64,000 bases of DNA from Marsupella aquatica. Taxonomy: Eukaryota; Plantae; Marchantiophyta. The stretch covers positions 19,952,754-20,016,753 of the forward strand of contig OZ316896.1 of the NCBI GenBank assembly GCA_973895155.1, read 5' to 3'. The notes beneath the pieces were generated by a model. The model had not been told where the DNA came from. It was given only the letters and a program-made list of their open reading frames with translations, and did not search any database. A program made the translations under genes and the position numbers. Positions within the stretch are counted from its first letter, which is position 1; each line of letters opens with the position of its first letter. Shown here piece after piece: positions 37,481 to 48,595 of the stretch.

Positions 37481-39316
37481 ATGGCGGCTGGGTCCTCCAC
37501 CCTGTGTATTACTGCCACTCCTGGATCAGCAACTACATTCCATTGCTCCCCATATCCTCTTTTATCCTGTGAAATGTCACGATCGCATGTCAGGCGTCCT
37601 CTGTCCCGCCTCACCTGCGCTTCTTCTCTGGTTGCCTCCGAAATTTCTCGACGAGAGAGTGTGGACTTCTGGAAGATGGAAACTCCATTTTCATGCTTAC
37701 TTTTGAATGTAGAGGAATCGTTTGATCATGGGGAAGCGGACAGTTTAGGTGTACAGCAAATTTGCAGAGCCCCTTGGCACATTCTTGACACGAGACGAGG
37801 AGAAGGAGAGGGACCGAAACAGGGCGGTGCTCGTTCTGCGGCAGTGGTCTGGGGGGACGCTTCCTTGCGATACGCCAATGTTATGTGGTTCAAAGGCGCA
37901 TACAACGTAGAAATCATTTGTGGAGAGGATGAGCCTGAGGAAGTGATAATAAGGAGATTTCGACAAGCAGTTTCCCGAGCGGGAGTAATTAGGGAGTGCC
38001 GTCGCCGCCGGTACCGTGAGACGCCTCAGGACACAATTAAAAGAAAGCTGCAGATGGCGGCATTCGATCGAAAACGCGCAAGACAACCGTAAGGTCACAT
38101 TACTCCCTCCTCTCTGATGTCTTAACCTTGCACAAAGATTTTCTGCAGCTGAAATAGTCTTGATCGTTTTTCCTCTTCTGCCAGATTGTATCATGCGTTC
38201 CGTTTGGAGCAGTTGCGATTTGCAAGATTTAGACCAATGGTACTTTGCTAGCCATTAGGGTGAGCTGCTGGCACAGGATTCTGTCATGAGCTTCATACTG
38301 TTGTCTAGGGAAACCTTTTTTTTTAATTGCTGGATAAAATGCGGGATATGGTATTCCAATTCATACCATAGTTGATGACTTATGGTTGCACCAGATCTTT
38401 TATTCCGATGAATGTACTAGAGTTCCATCTGTGGTGATGACCCTCGTGTGTTGTTAGTGGCAACCGCAAGCGCATTACTCAAGAAGAGTTCATCGAGGCC
38501 TAAAATTGTCTGCTGACTGATGATGGTAGGCCCAACAAAAGTAAAGCTTCGTCAGAAAATGCGTGGAAACTCTCAACGGAACACTTGAAACCTGTTGACC
38601 ACAGTAAAAGAAAAAAACAAACAAGGTGAGTTGGTGGAATAGAGTGCATTTTATGTGGTCACATGTCTCCTGCTGTTCTTGATCAGGGGGAGCTTTGCAG
38701 CTATTTTTGGTCTAGCATTTTTTTCATCCTTCTATATGTCACGTCAAAGATTCCTTTCGGACACAATGCATTCCTCAAGTGATATTGATTTTTGGTGCAT
38801 GGAACTGAATCTCAAGACGTTGAGCATTCTACCGTTCTTCAAATCGGGTTGACGACGTGAATGCATTGCCACTCTTTACATAAATGGCTCAGAATTCATT
38901 TCGTTACACAGTAAATCTTATCCATTTTAGTTAGTTGAAGTGTCATGCGGTTGCCTGAGCTGGAATCTGTGTCTGATTTTCTGTAAACTGCTCTACTTGG
39001 AATGTTGAACTCGAGCCCTCATGTAAATTTAATCACAGCATCTAAGTTTTTCGGTTACCTCTTATGTCTTTTCCATGAAATGAAACAAGTTAAGGGCCTT
39101 CAAGCCGGACGAGAGATTATTAACTTTGCCAACTCAGGTTGGCAGCTTACAGATCGGTAGCCAGGAGTTGGACTCACATGGATCATCGCATCCTGTTCTT
39201 GCAGGAAAAACAATGGACGACCTAGATTTGATGCAACAACGAAGGGTAGCTCTGACAAGAAGGTGGATGAGACGGACGATGACTATTGGGGTTACGAAGA
39301 AGACCGAGTCGAATAA
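37481..39316 (+). CDS. RPS21: plastid ribosomal protein bS21 family protein (GHS1-like), 2 exons
   Basis: Exons 37481-38088 and 39205-39316. Transit-peptide-like N-terminus; S21 domain YNVEIICGEDEPEEVIIRRFRQAVSRAGVIRECRRRRYRETPQD..KRK; acidic tail DETDDDYWGYEE. Confidence 0.88.
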
Positions 39317-39614
39317 CTACCCAAGGGATCATCACATTGAGTGGCATTCAATTGCAAAGTTAGTCTGACAAGCGCTCGCATAATCTAGGACTTGAAACCC
39401 AGTTGAGTATCGATTACATCGTGATTTGTCATTAATTTGACAGATAATATGCACAGACAGACTGAACACATCGGAGAGTATAGGGTAGCCTGTCTTTTTA
39501 TCTAACCCCTCAAGCGAATGTAGTAACCTTGAAGCTTGTCAATTTTGTCGCCCATGTTGGTACAGACTGGTCTCACTCAGTGTATTGGAGGAAGAGTTTC
39601 CGCTTGGAACACAA

Positions 39615-42463
39615 TTACTGTAATTCGGGTTTAAAAAATGGATATCTGGGAAAACCAATGTCAAAACCTAATTGACCCGAGTCATTGTCTCCAAATGACA
39701 TAAATAAGCCTTCACGAGTTATACAGGCAGTGTGATAACACCCAGCACTGACGTGGCCAATATGTTGCTCAGCAAAGGATATGTCAAAGGCAACGCCAGT
39801 CGGTCTCAACGCCTTCGACTCGTTTGGCATGCCCAAACTTTCAAATCCGTTCCATCCAAACGCAAATATCTGGCCAGCATCGGCAAGCACAAAAGTTTTC
39901 CGCCTCTGTGCAGACACCTGGTGGAGTCAATTCGATTCTCGCTGTTAGTAACGGCTCAAAGAAGATAGGCCTGATCCATTCTTTGATCTAGAAGATTGAC
40001 ACCTTCCAATGCTCGCAACAAGAAACTTTCGGTTAAAGGAATTCACCTGGACAGCAAGTACAGTCCTGAGACCGGCAACCATCTTAGGCTCTCGGACATC
40101 ATATTCGTCTCCATGCCCCAAGGCCCCACAGTAGCCTTTACCCCATGTATAGACCTGCGGGACAACAATGTTCTTCAGCAATTCCATCGTGCAAGAAATC
40201 AACATCCTCGGTGTCAACAGACATGAGTGTTTGGCAGGCTTACTTGTATAATGTGAGAACATGACTGCTTTGGATATCTAAGGACAGGTTCAACAAGGTT
40301 GCAATAAAGTATAGGCAAGAAAAACTCTCTCGGCATCCTCCGGAAACTGAAAACTGAATGAACTTGAAACCAAATTTACCACATTCACCGAGTTAACGCT
40401 ATCTTATGTTGGAGGTTGGCAGGAGTGAAGTACCAAAACTCACTTGTCCTTGTGAGTCAATTGCAACAGAGTGCTCATCGGCTGCTGCCACGGAAGTTAA
40501 AAAGCAATTTTCGTCTAGAGCTGCTACCCGACGTGGTTGCCATTCACTCGCACTGTCATCATGTCCAAGACAATAGTTTGCACCATATCCGAACGAGTAG
40601 AGGTCTCCATTATCCATGAGAGCCAAAGTATAACTAGCACCGGTGGCAACCTGGGTCACCACACCAATGGAAGATAGGCTGTCAATTTGTAATGGATGGG
40701 GTTGTTCGACTGTATCACCATGACCTAGTTGTCCATGTGACCCACTTCCCCAAGTGTAGATTTCTCCTTTTGTTGTGACGGCAGCAGTAAAGCTGAGACC
40801 GGTTGATACCTGCGTTGCAATTCAAGCCTGCCTCAGCAACGGCGACAAATGATGTCCTGCATATTCTTCAGTCCACAATCTAATCACGTTTCAGTTCATT
40901 AACGACAATAGGGTCAATGACACTCAACTCTATCAGATGCAAGGTGAACTAATATTTATCTAGAAGAACACTAGTTTCTAGCATAGACAATCACGCTGAG
41001 ACTGCAAAGTGAAGAATCCATAGGTTAGGATTATCCCTTTTTAATACTTTGAACGGCCGAGCTTATCCGAGCGATGATACTCGCGTAGGTTGGCACCACA
41101 AGCATTTGAACAGGGATCAGAATGACCAAGAAGTACGAAGAAAGAAACATTTAGAGTACCTGTTTGCAAGGAATGTCCCTGAGCGACTCAACAAGAGTGG
41201 GCTTGTATAGTGGCCCCTCAATGTCTCCATGTCCACAACAGCCTGAAGAATTATCTCCGTAGGTAAAAACCTGTGCATAACAGCGTCATGTTACAGTGTC
41301 GAACCCATGAAAAATCTCTTCTCGACCTTTAGCTCTCCATACCATACAAGGTTTAGCACTAGACAGACATTTGCATTGGAGAAAAATAGAGCCATCAAAA
41401 CTAAGTCCACACATCAATAAACTTTACATGACAGACACCTCACCTCTCCATTCTCTGTGATGAAGGCGACATGATGATGAGTCCCTGCAATTTGCTTAAC
41501 ACGACACCCAAATGGCACCGGTACAATAACTGGAGCTGGGCATTTAACTACCAGTGGTCCTTGACCTAAGGTACCGAATTTGTTAGATCCGCATCCGAAA
41601 AGTGTCCCCTCTCCTTTGATAAAAAATGTGAGGTATTTCCCAGCCACCACTTGGACCTGCGGATAGTACAGTTGTTGAGCCGGTGTTAGTTACAGATACC
41701 TGATTGAAAACTCATACCAAACCCTCCAAAGATTGCAGTATTGGATAGCATTGACCAGACAAGATTGTCACGAAGCAGAAAATTAGTGGGGATTTACTCC
41801 AGAGAATGACGCACTGGCTTTCCAGAGTAGACTGCATGAGTTTCACCGATGGATATGAAACGTGTGAAGTTCTTCAAACGACAGAGCTTCTGCTAGGCCA
41901 TTTCCATCTATCTAAACATACAAACATATATGTACCACATTAACATCAGAAGCAGCTTAGAAAAGGAACAAGAACTAAGACAGAGACATCAAACCCAGCC
42001 CAATTGAATATGTGGTGTTAATTTTGTCGTGCAGGAGATTAGGATGACATTAACGCCCTCTATCATGTCTTTCAGATGCTGTCCGCGACTAAGTAAGCGA
42101 CAAAACTTTCAGTGGGGACTTTACTTTTCCATACGGAGTGCAGACTCCAGTAGCAGCCTGATGCATTGCTTGCAAGAACCGCATCACCAGTTTCCGATTC
42201 CCGCGACACCGATTAATGAGCTGGGATTGCATAGTCGGGGAAAGGCGGACAAAGCGAGGGTCCGACAGGCAATAAACGACCGCTGCATTCTCAGTCATGG
42301 ACTTGAAACGGTAGGGCTCGACGCCTCCTGCTGCTCTGAATGTGTAGCATGACATCTCCAGCATGGCCAGATCAACCGCTTCCAAATTCCCCACCTGGAG
42401 AATTCTTTGGAGGAGATGGTTAGGCAGCTCGTCCAGCCCCATAGCCCCTCCTGCCTCCCCCAT
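39615..42463 (-). CDS. RCC1/UVR8-like beta-propeller protein with N-terminal F-box-like region (At3g15430-like), multi-exon
   Basis: N-terminus LDELPNHLLQRILQVGNLEAVDLAMLE; RCC1 repeats (GCGSNKFGTLGQG, YTWGSGSHGQLGHGD, YSFGYGANYCLGH, YTWGKGYCGALGHGD, FGDNDSGQLG) with GT-AG introns. Start at 42463 or 42442. Confidence 0.88.
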
Positions 42464-43045
42464 CCTTTCGACAGCTCCACCTATTTTTTAAAACCAATCA
42501 AAACCCAGTCGCAATCTCTCTGCCTCTGTGAAATATCGCTGCTCATGTCTTTCCTCCGCATTCACTTCAGTGCAACAATAGTAGCCCCAACCTGCGAACT
42601 GAATGAAACAAAGCTAATGGAAATTGCTCTCCGTTAACTTGGCGACTGAATCAAAAACCCAGATTCCAGGCCTGTGAGAAACAGTGCTGCTCTCCCTGTC
42701 TCAAAAAACTTGAGGAAGCTTGAACGCGAAGATCATCCCCAAGTCAAGATATGTGCAGTGTTCTCCTTGTCTTAGAAGGCAAAAATTACGCGTAGCTTCA
42801 TCTCTGGTTTCGACCTGTCAACCCACTCAGCAACAAAAGCGTCAGATCGCCCAATTAGAGTTTGTTGACACGCATTCCCTCCCGCATTGCCTTCCGCACG
42901 AATTGGATGCAATAGAGTACAGACTCCGCATGTTTCGCTCTAATTTGGGCAACGACATTTCACTACAGTCGCGTCTTCCACCGAAAACCAATATCTACTG
43001 TAGAGAAACCGAAGCGTGTTCGTCGTCATTTTCACAACAATGCGG

Positions 43046-43337
43046 GCTTAAATCTTGCACTTATACACGTTATGCACTTTCTCATAAGTGCATAAGATAT
43101 CATTTGTGCACTTATTTATAAGTGCTCGTGAAATTGGTTATGCGTTTCCTGATAGGTGTTGTCAGGTCTATGACGAGCATATTCTTCTTCATTTTCAGAA
43201 CAATGAACGCTTAGATCTTGCACTTACCCAATTTATGAACTATCTCGTAAGTGCATAATATATCATATGTGCATGCTGCACTATCTAAAAAGAGCACGTG
43301 AAATTTGTCATGCATTTCCTTATAGGTGTTGTCAGAT
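43046..43337. repeat. tandem duplication (~165 bp x2) rich in gcactt/aagtgc words
   Basis: gcttaaatcttgcactta...taagtgcataa.atatcat.tgtgca...cgtgaaatt.g..atgc.tttcct.ataggtgttgtcag occurs twice. Confidence 0.75.
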
Positions 43338-44529
43338 CATACACATCAGACTTCTCTTACCCCAAACCTTCCCTGACCCCTCCTACTGCACCATTCAATT
43401 GGATAGTGCACTTATCAATAAAAATGTTTCTGGCATGTGTGTAAAGGTAACTGATATATGCATGCGCACTCCTAGATGGAAATGCACATATGTATATCTT
43501 GTTTGGTGACGTTGACCTGCACTTAAAGACCTACAAACAAAAGTACTGCAATTTTTGGGGGACTACATGATAAGCCTATACTTACCCACGCAATGTACTT
43601 ATACATGGTGCACTCATGCAGGTAGATTGTATACACTGAAAAGTGAGTATTTGTTTACACTAGGATCTATAGAATATTCTTCAAGAATACATGCAATTTA
43701 TCTCTGTAGGTTTTACAAAGACTCCAAAAAATTATAATCGTTAATTTTGTGTGCAAAGAGAGATGGCACTACTGCAGTGACCTTTCTCTAGTGACTTTCC
43801 AGCTACGCACATCAGAAAACAGCAGCCAGATAAGCAAAAGGAAGAGCACTAAGTCACATAACATAATAACACTCAGATATATCATTGTATGAAAATCCAT
43901 CTAACCTTGGGTCAGTGTGACACAAGACATCTTGTGCTGTTGAGTTTTGATGTGCCTAGTTTATGAGATCTAGTGCACACTCTAGGGGGGAAGCCTCTGG
44001 TATGCACTTAATAAGGGTTTGTGTTACATCATGAGTGCAAATACTTTGATTTGCAACTGTAGACTGCCTTGGGTCCTCATTCCATGCTTTGGTGATTTCC
44101 TTACTAAATATATTGTAAATCCCTGCCCTAAACATGGTCCCTAACTCATAAGTGCCAATTTTACTCTACTTTAAAATGACTTGCACAGAAGGAATTGTTC
44201 AATTACACACAAGTGTGATAAACCCTCATAGAGGGTTTCTTCTTATATTTTTATCTTTTTGTGCAGTGCAAAAATTATGCATAATGCCCCTCACACTTTT
44301 TCTCTTTGTAATTTTCAATGCTTCTATGGAGGAAAATCCAGAGTCCTCATTTATATCTGGAAGTTATGAATGAGACTTAAACTTTTACGAAAATAGTCCA
44401 AAGCCTATTATCTCAACAAGCGGTCACAATAACATTTTAATAATACACAATGATTAGCATGCCATTTCTGTCCCTTGATAGCACTATGTTATAATGACTC
44501 TATGTTGTGATGACACTAATTCAAAGTCT

Positions 44530-44808
44530 CAGAATTAAAAATTACTAGTTATGAAATTACTAGTTCTGGACAGCAACCACGACACTAATTCTGCCCCCCT
44601 GCAACTTTTATGGCTATACCGTAATCAGAGTTAAAATTACGAGTTATAAAATTACTAGTTTTGGACAGCAACCACGACACTAATTTTGGCCTTTTATGGC
44701 TATACCTTAATCAGAGTTAAAATTATGAGTTATAAAATTACTCGTTTTGGACAGCAACCACGACACTAATTTTGGCCTCCTGCAACTTTTATGGCTATAC
44801 CTTAATCT
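44530..44808. repeat. tandem repeat, ~85-95 bp x3
   Basis: cagagttaaaatta..agttataaaattact.gttttggacagcaaccacgacactaatt...ttttatggctatacc is repeated. Confidence 0.88.
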
Positions 44809-45104
44809 CTCAAATGCTTCCATCTACAACTAATTACCTTCCATCTACAACTAATTAGGGTACTGCTTTGAGATGCCCTAATAACTCAACCCAAACCGTC
44901 ATTATCCTATTATACTTGGAGACAGGTAAATACTAGTGTACTAAACCGTCATTATATATACTTAGAGACAGGGTCACTACTAGTGTACTTTGTTGTGGCC
45001 GTGGGAACTTGTACTGTCCAACGGTCAAATGCAATGCACATGGAGGGCCAGAGCGGATTGAATTCTGTCGGGTGGATCTTCTGAATCTATAATTATGACA
45101 GCCA

Positions 45105-45390
45105 CCGGGAGGAGCGGGAGGAGAAAATGGAGCCACTTCGATCGAGAGGGAAGGAAGCGCGGGGCAGAGAAAATTCTCTCGATAGGAGTTGGAGACGACG
45201 TGATGGTGATGAAAATAAATGTGGAGCAATTGACGAAATGTGGAGCGGACTTTAAATCTATGATCGTGACGGGGATCAAGAAAAGCGGGAGGAGAAAACG
45301 GAGCGGAGAGAGAATTTTGTCGAAATAGATTTTGCGAAGACGGAGATGGTGATGAAACTAAATGTGGAGCAATTGACGAAATGTGGAGTG
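45105..45390. repeat. direct duplication immediately upstream of the CENP-C-like ORF
   Basis: agcgggaggagaaaa.ggagc...gatggtgatgaaa.taaatgtggagcaattgacgaaatgtggag occurs twice. Confidence 0.75.
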
Positions 45391-45447
45391 GATTGATTGT
45401 TGGCTGAAACGCGATCGAGGAGAGCGGCAGGAGGAGAGTGGGGAGGA

Positions 45448-47196
45448 ATGGAGTCCATGAGCTTACTCGAGAGGGCGAAGGGTGGGGTAGAGAGATCAAG
45501 ACAAGACGAAACCGAAAGAGAATCAGGTGGAAGCGTTGCGGGATTGGTCTACGACGGCGATTCTGTGGAGGATGAGCTCTCAAAACTCATGTTCTCGATC
45601 AAGCGGCAATTCACAACTTTCGACGACGATGAGGGGACTTTGAATTTCATGGGACAGCTGAACACGGCCGAGGAGAGCTTTTGCCAGAACTTTGGTCAGG
45701 ACAATGGTGTCCCCAACCGGAACGTAATCCGCCGAGCACCGAGGCGCCGAGGGACTGTTCAAATCACTGCTTCCAGGCCAATCGACTTTAGCAAGCTCGC
45801 GAGCATCGAGGCTGTGGTGCCTTCTCCCTCTACCAGCGTTTACAAGGGCATCACGACGGTACTCAAGGAGAATGTCAACAGAGCTGGAAAAGAGTCCCGG
45901 ATTGTGGATGACTTTTGGTCTACCGAGATGGAAAAGAAAATCTCGGCAGTTGCTCGAAGGAATTTGACCCGAATGAACACACCTGCGCACCCCAAACGAA
46001 AGGCTGTGGAAGATAGGAACGTAAGGCACGCACGCTCACGACGTGGTGGAGGAAACAGCAGGACATTATGTAGAAGGCCGATAAGGCTGGACCTCCGTCT
46101 CGATGCGGCTAAAGTTTCTGAATGGGATCAAGAAACTCGAGCCCATGAAGAGGTCCGACCATCTACTGAAGCTTATTCTGGTGCGGGAATGTTAGTAAAC
46201 AGACCTGCAGCAAATTCCAAGAAAGAGGTACCACCGTCTACTCGAGCTTATTCTGGGGCGTCCATTTTAGCTGGCCGACTCGCAGCAGATTCCCTTCCAG
46301 ACATGGAGTTGAGTCCAGGTCATTCTCCACCTGTGGGAGTGCCCGAGCTCTCGAGCAGAATTGAGGGCGCACTCGGGCAGACCACCCTCCCAGGTGCGGG
46401 CATTGCAGGCGTCTCGGTCTCAGAGTACCTGCAGATACACGGGGTTCCATTGATATCTCCAACTCCTCCTTCCAATCCTGTGGGAAGTTCCATGTCTTTG
46501 AAACATTTGAACGGGCATATTCGGCAGAGGAGGCTATCTTTTCTCAGCTCGACCTCCGGTGAAGGCATTGATACGGGCGGCGGTCCGAAGGAAAATGGAG
46601 ATATACAGGTGGGGCGTCATAATACTTCGACACTGGACTGGAAAGCACGCGGCAGAACGAGTCCACAACAGGGTCCAACTTGTATCCTAGACCGAGTAAA
46701 AAATGCGTTGTTGGCTACATCCCATGATTTTCGCGAAGATAATGAGGATGGAGAGGTGACCGATGTCAAAGAAGCTGGACATCGCAAATGTAATGGCTCA
46801 AGCCTTGGAGAACAGAATGAGCCGAACGGCTTACAGCATTCCCCGAAAGAATCGTCTGGTAAGGTTCCTGTCCCAAAAGGAAATGAAACTCAATTTCCGC
46901 CGGACGAAATACGTGAGACGGGGGACTTTGAGGCTGCCCCGCCAAGATATGATGAGCACCAGAATAATTCACTTACCCAGAGTTCGACCGCGACAGATGG
47001 GAAACACCAAAAAAGGGCGAAGAGAAGGGCCAAAGAAACACGATATTATCTGGAAGGTTGCGGTTCTACTTGGAAGGAAGGACGAAGAAAAAGTCAGAGG
47101 ACTCGTGTCAAGCCTCTGGAATGGTGGAGAGGAGAGAAGGTCCTCTACACCATACAGGATTCGTTAATGACAGTCGTTGGCGTTTGTCGTGGATGA
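45448..47196 (+). CDS. CENP-C: CENP-C-like centromere protein, intronless (582 aa from first ATG), probable retrocopy or divergent paralog
   Basis: One uninterrupted, largely low-complexity ORF. Its C-terminus LEGCGSTWKEGRRKSQRTRVKPLEWWRGEKVLYTIQDSLMTVVGV matches the CENP-C motif and its plant-type flanks (SLAxxGT...VRRSxRxxxRPLEYWRGERxLY..IHxSLxTVIG). Confidence 0.8.
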   Translation: MESMSLLERAKGGVERSRQDETERESGGSVAGLVYDGDSVEDELSKLMFSIKRQFTTFDDDEGTLNFMGQLNTAEESFCQNFGQDNGVPNRNVIRRAPRRRGTVQITASRPIDFSKLASIEAVVPSPSTSVYKGITTVLKENVNRAGKESRIVDDFWSTEMEKKISAVARRNLTRMNTPAHPKRKAVEDRNVRHARSRRGGGNSRTLCRRPIRLDLRLDAAKVSEWDQETRAHEEVRPSTEAYSGAGMLVNRPAANSKKEVPPSTRAYSGASILAGRLAADSLPDMELSPGHSPPVGVPELSSRIEGALGQTTLPGAGIAGVSVSEYLQIHGVPLISPTPPSNPVGSSMSLKHLNGHIRQRRLSFLSSTSGEGIDTGGGPKENGDIQVGRHNTSTLDWKARGRTSPQQGPTCILDRVKNALLATSHDFREDNEDGEVTDVKEAGHRKCNGSSLGEQNEPNGLQHSPKESSGKVPVPKGNETQFPPDEIRETGDFEAAPPRYDEHQNNSLTQSSTATDGKHQKRAKRRAKETRYYLEGCGSTWKEGRRKSQRTRVKPLEWWRGEKVLYTIQDSLMTVVGVCRG

Positions 47197-47519
47197 AGCG
47201 GTGCTGCCACTTCGTGTTTCACCACTCAGGTTTTGTGCTATTTGCCATTGTGTCCGACCCTGACCTCCACCATTCGGCCCAAGTGCCAGCTCTGTTGCGA
47301 GTCTATGTGATTCTGAATCTGCAGATGGCAAACACGGAGCCGGCCTCAAAATTTGACCATCACCATCGAAAATCAGGATCTGAACTACGATCAGATGGCG
47401 GCATCAAAACTTGGCAATCATAGTGAACACTCATCAGATAGATACTCGTCAGGTTTCAACTTCTGGAACGATGTATTATAAAGTCAGGAATTGTCCAAAG
47501 TTAGAAGAGATGATGAGGA

Positions 47520-47835
47520 TGCATCGCACGGAAGTCGCACAGTTGAGAGTATTAAGAAGAATGTATTGGATAGAAATAGAACAGTTTATAGAATTGAGAA
47601 GAACATACCGCTCGGAAATTGCACGTTTCATTTTCCGGGCGGGGGCAATCGAGGACTAGTAACGAGGAATTGTTGTAGTGCACGGAAATTGCAGGTTGAT
47701 AGCACTAATGATGAGGAATTGTTCTGAGCACTAGTCCTTAAAAATCGAACAGTTATACAATTGAAAAGAGTATACCGCACGGAAATTGCACGGTTGATAG
47801 AATTAACGATTAATAACGAGGAAGTTGTTCTGACT
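47520..47835 (+). repeat. degenerate repeats (gcacggaaattgcac.gttgatagaa) overlapping a short coiled-coil-like ORF
   Basis: The motif recurs at ~47526, ~47610, ~47680 and ~47777; aatagaacagtt...gagaagaacataccgc is duplicated. Confidence 0.55.
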
Positions 47836-48595
47836 ATAAGTCCTCAATTCTGTCAACCGCAAATCTTCAGGGTAGTTTCTCCTCTAGGTCGTAAAGCAGT
47901 TAGGATCTAGGCGCACCCAAAGAGCAATAGTGTCCATTGTCAGTGACTTGCTGCAAAGGACCCTAAACCCTGTTCTCAATCGACTGAAAAGTACCTGCTT
48001 GCGGATGAATCAAATCTTTACTTTTGTGCAATCTCTAGCTACTAAGCCGTGATTGATGACCGAGATTTCTTGTGATCTTCCCACAGTGTTGTTGCAATTG
48101 AGGCTTTAGACGATAGGATCGTGCAAGTGATTCACTCGTTTGCTTGACTTGGCAGAACACCTTTTTGGACTGATATCTAGGACCAAGAGCTAGCAGGAAA
48201 TCCACTGAACACATTTCACTGCTCATATGCTGTGTCACACGCTTGCGCCACAACAATTACAGTAGTTGCGAACAACGCATCCTGCGCTTTCATCTCAGTG
48301 ACATGTGCAAAATAGAACTGAGAAATGACAAGAGAATCTGAATTTCTGTACAATAGGGAAATCTTAGGGAAATCTGAAGATTATTTACATAGTCGCTCAA
48401 GAAAGATTGATCTCTAGTAGTTCGAAATTAGCTTTACCTCTACGATAATCCTTCAGACTCCCAGATTCGTGTGACAAGAGAATGAACCAAGATTAGTCTT
48501 GAGGTACAAAACTGTTGCCAACGAGAAAATTGGGGAAGAGATTATAATCAACTCTTCTCAACTCAATCTTAAACCCCCCTGGCTTCTGTTAAATC

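Noticed and set aside
39139-39204. Upstream alternative acceptor for bS21 exon 2
   Set aside because: It leads to an early stop without the conserved acidic DDDYW tail; the acceptor before 39205 gives the expected C-terminus.
44933-45583. 216-aa minus-strand ORF with internal repeats
   Set aside because: Derived from the upstream DNA duplication and antisense to the CENP-C-like ORF; no recognisable domain.
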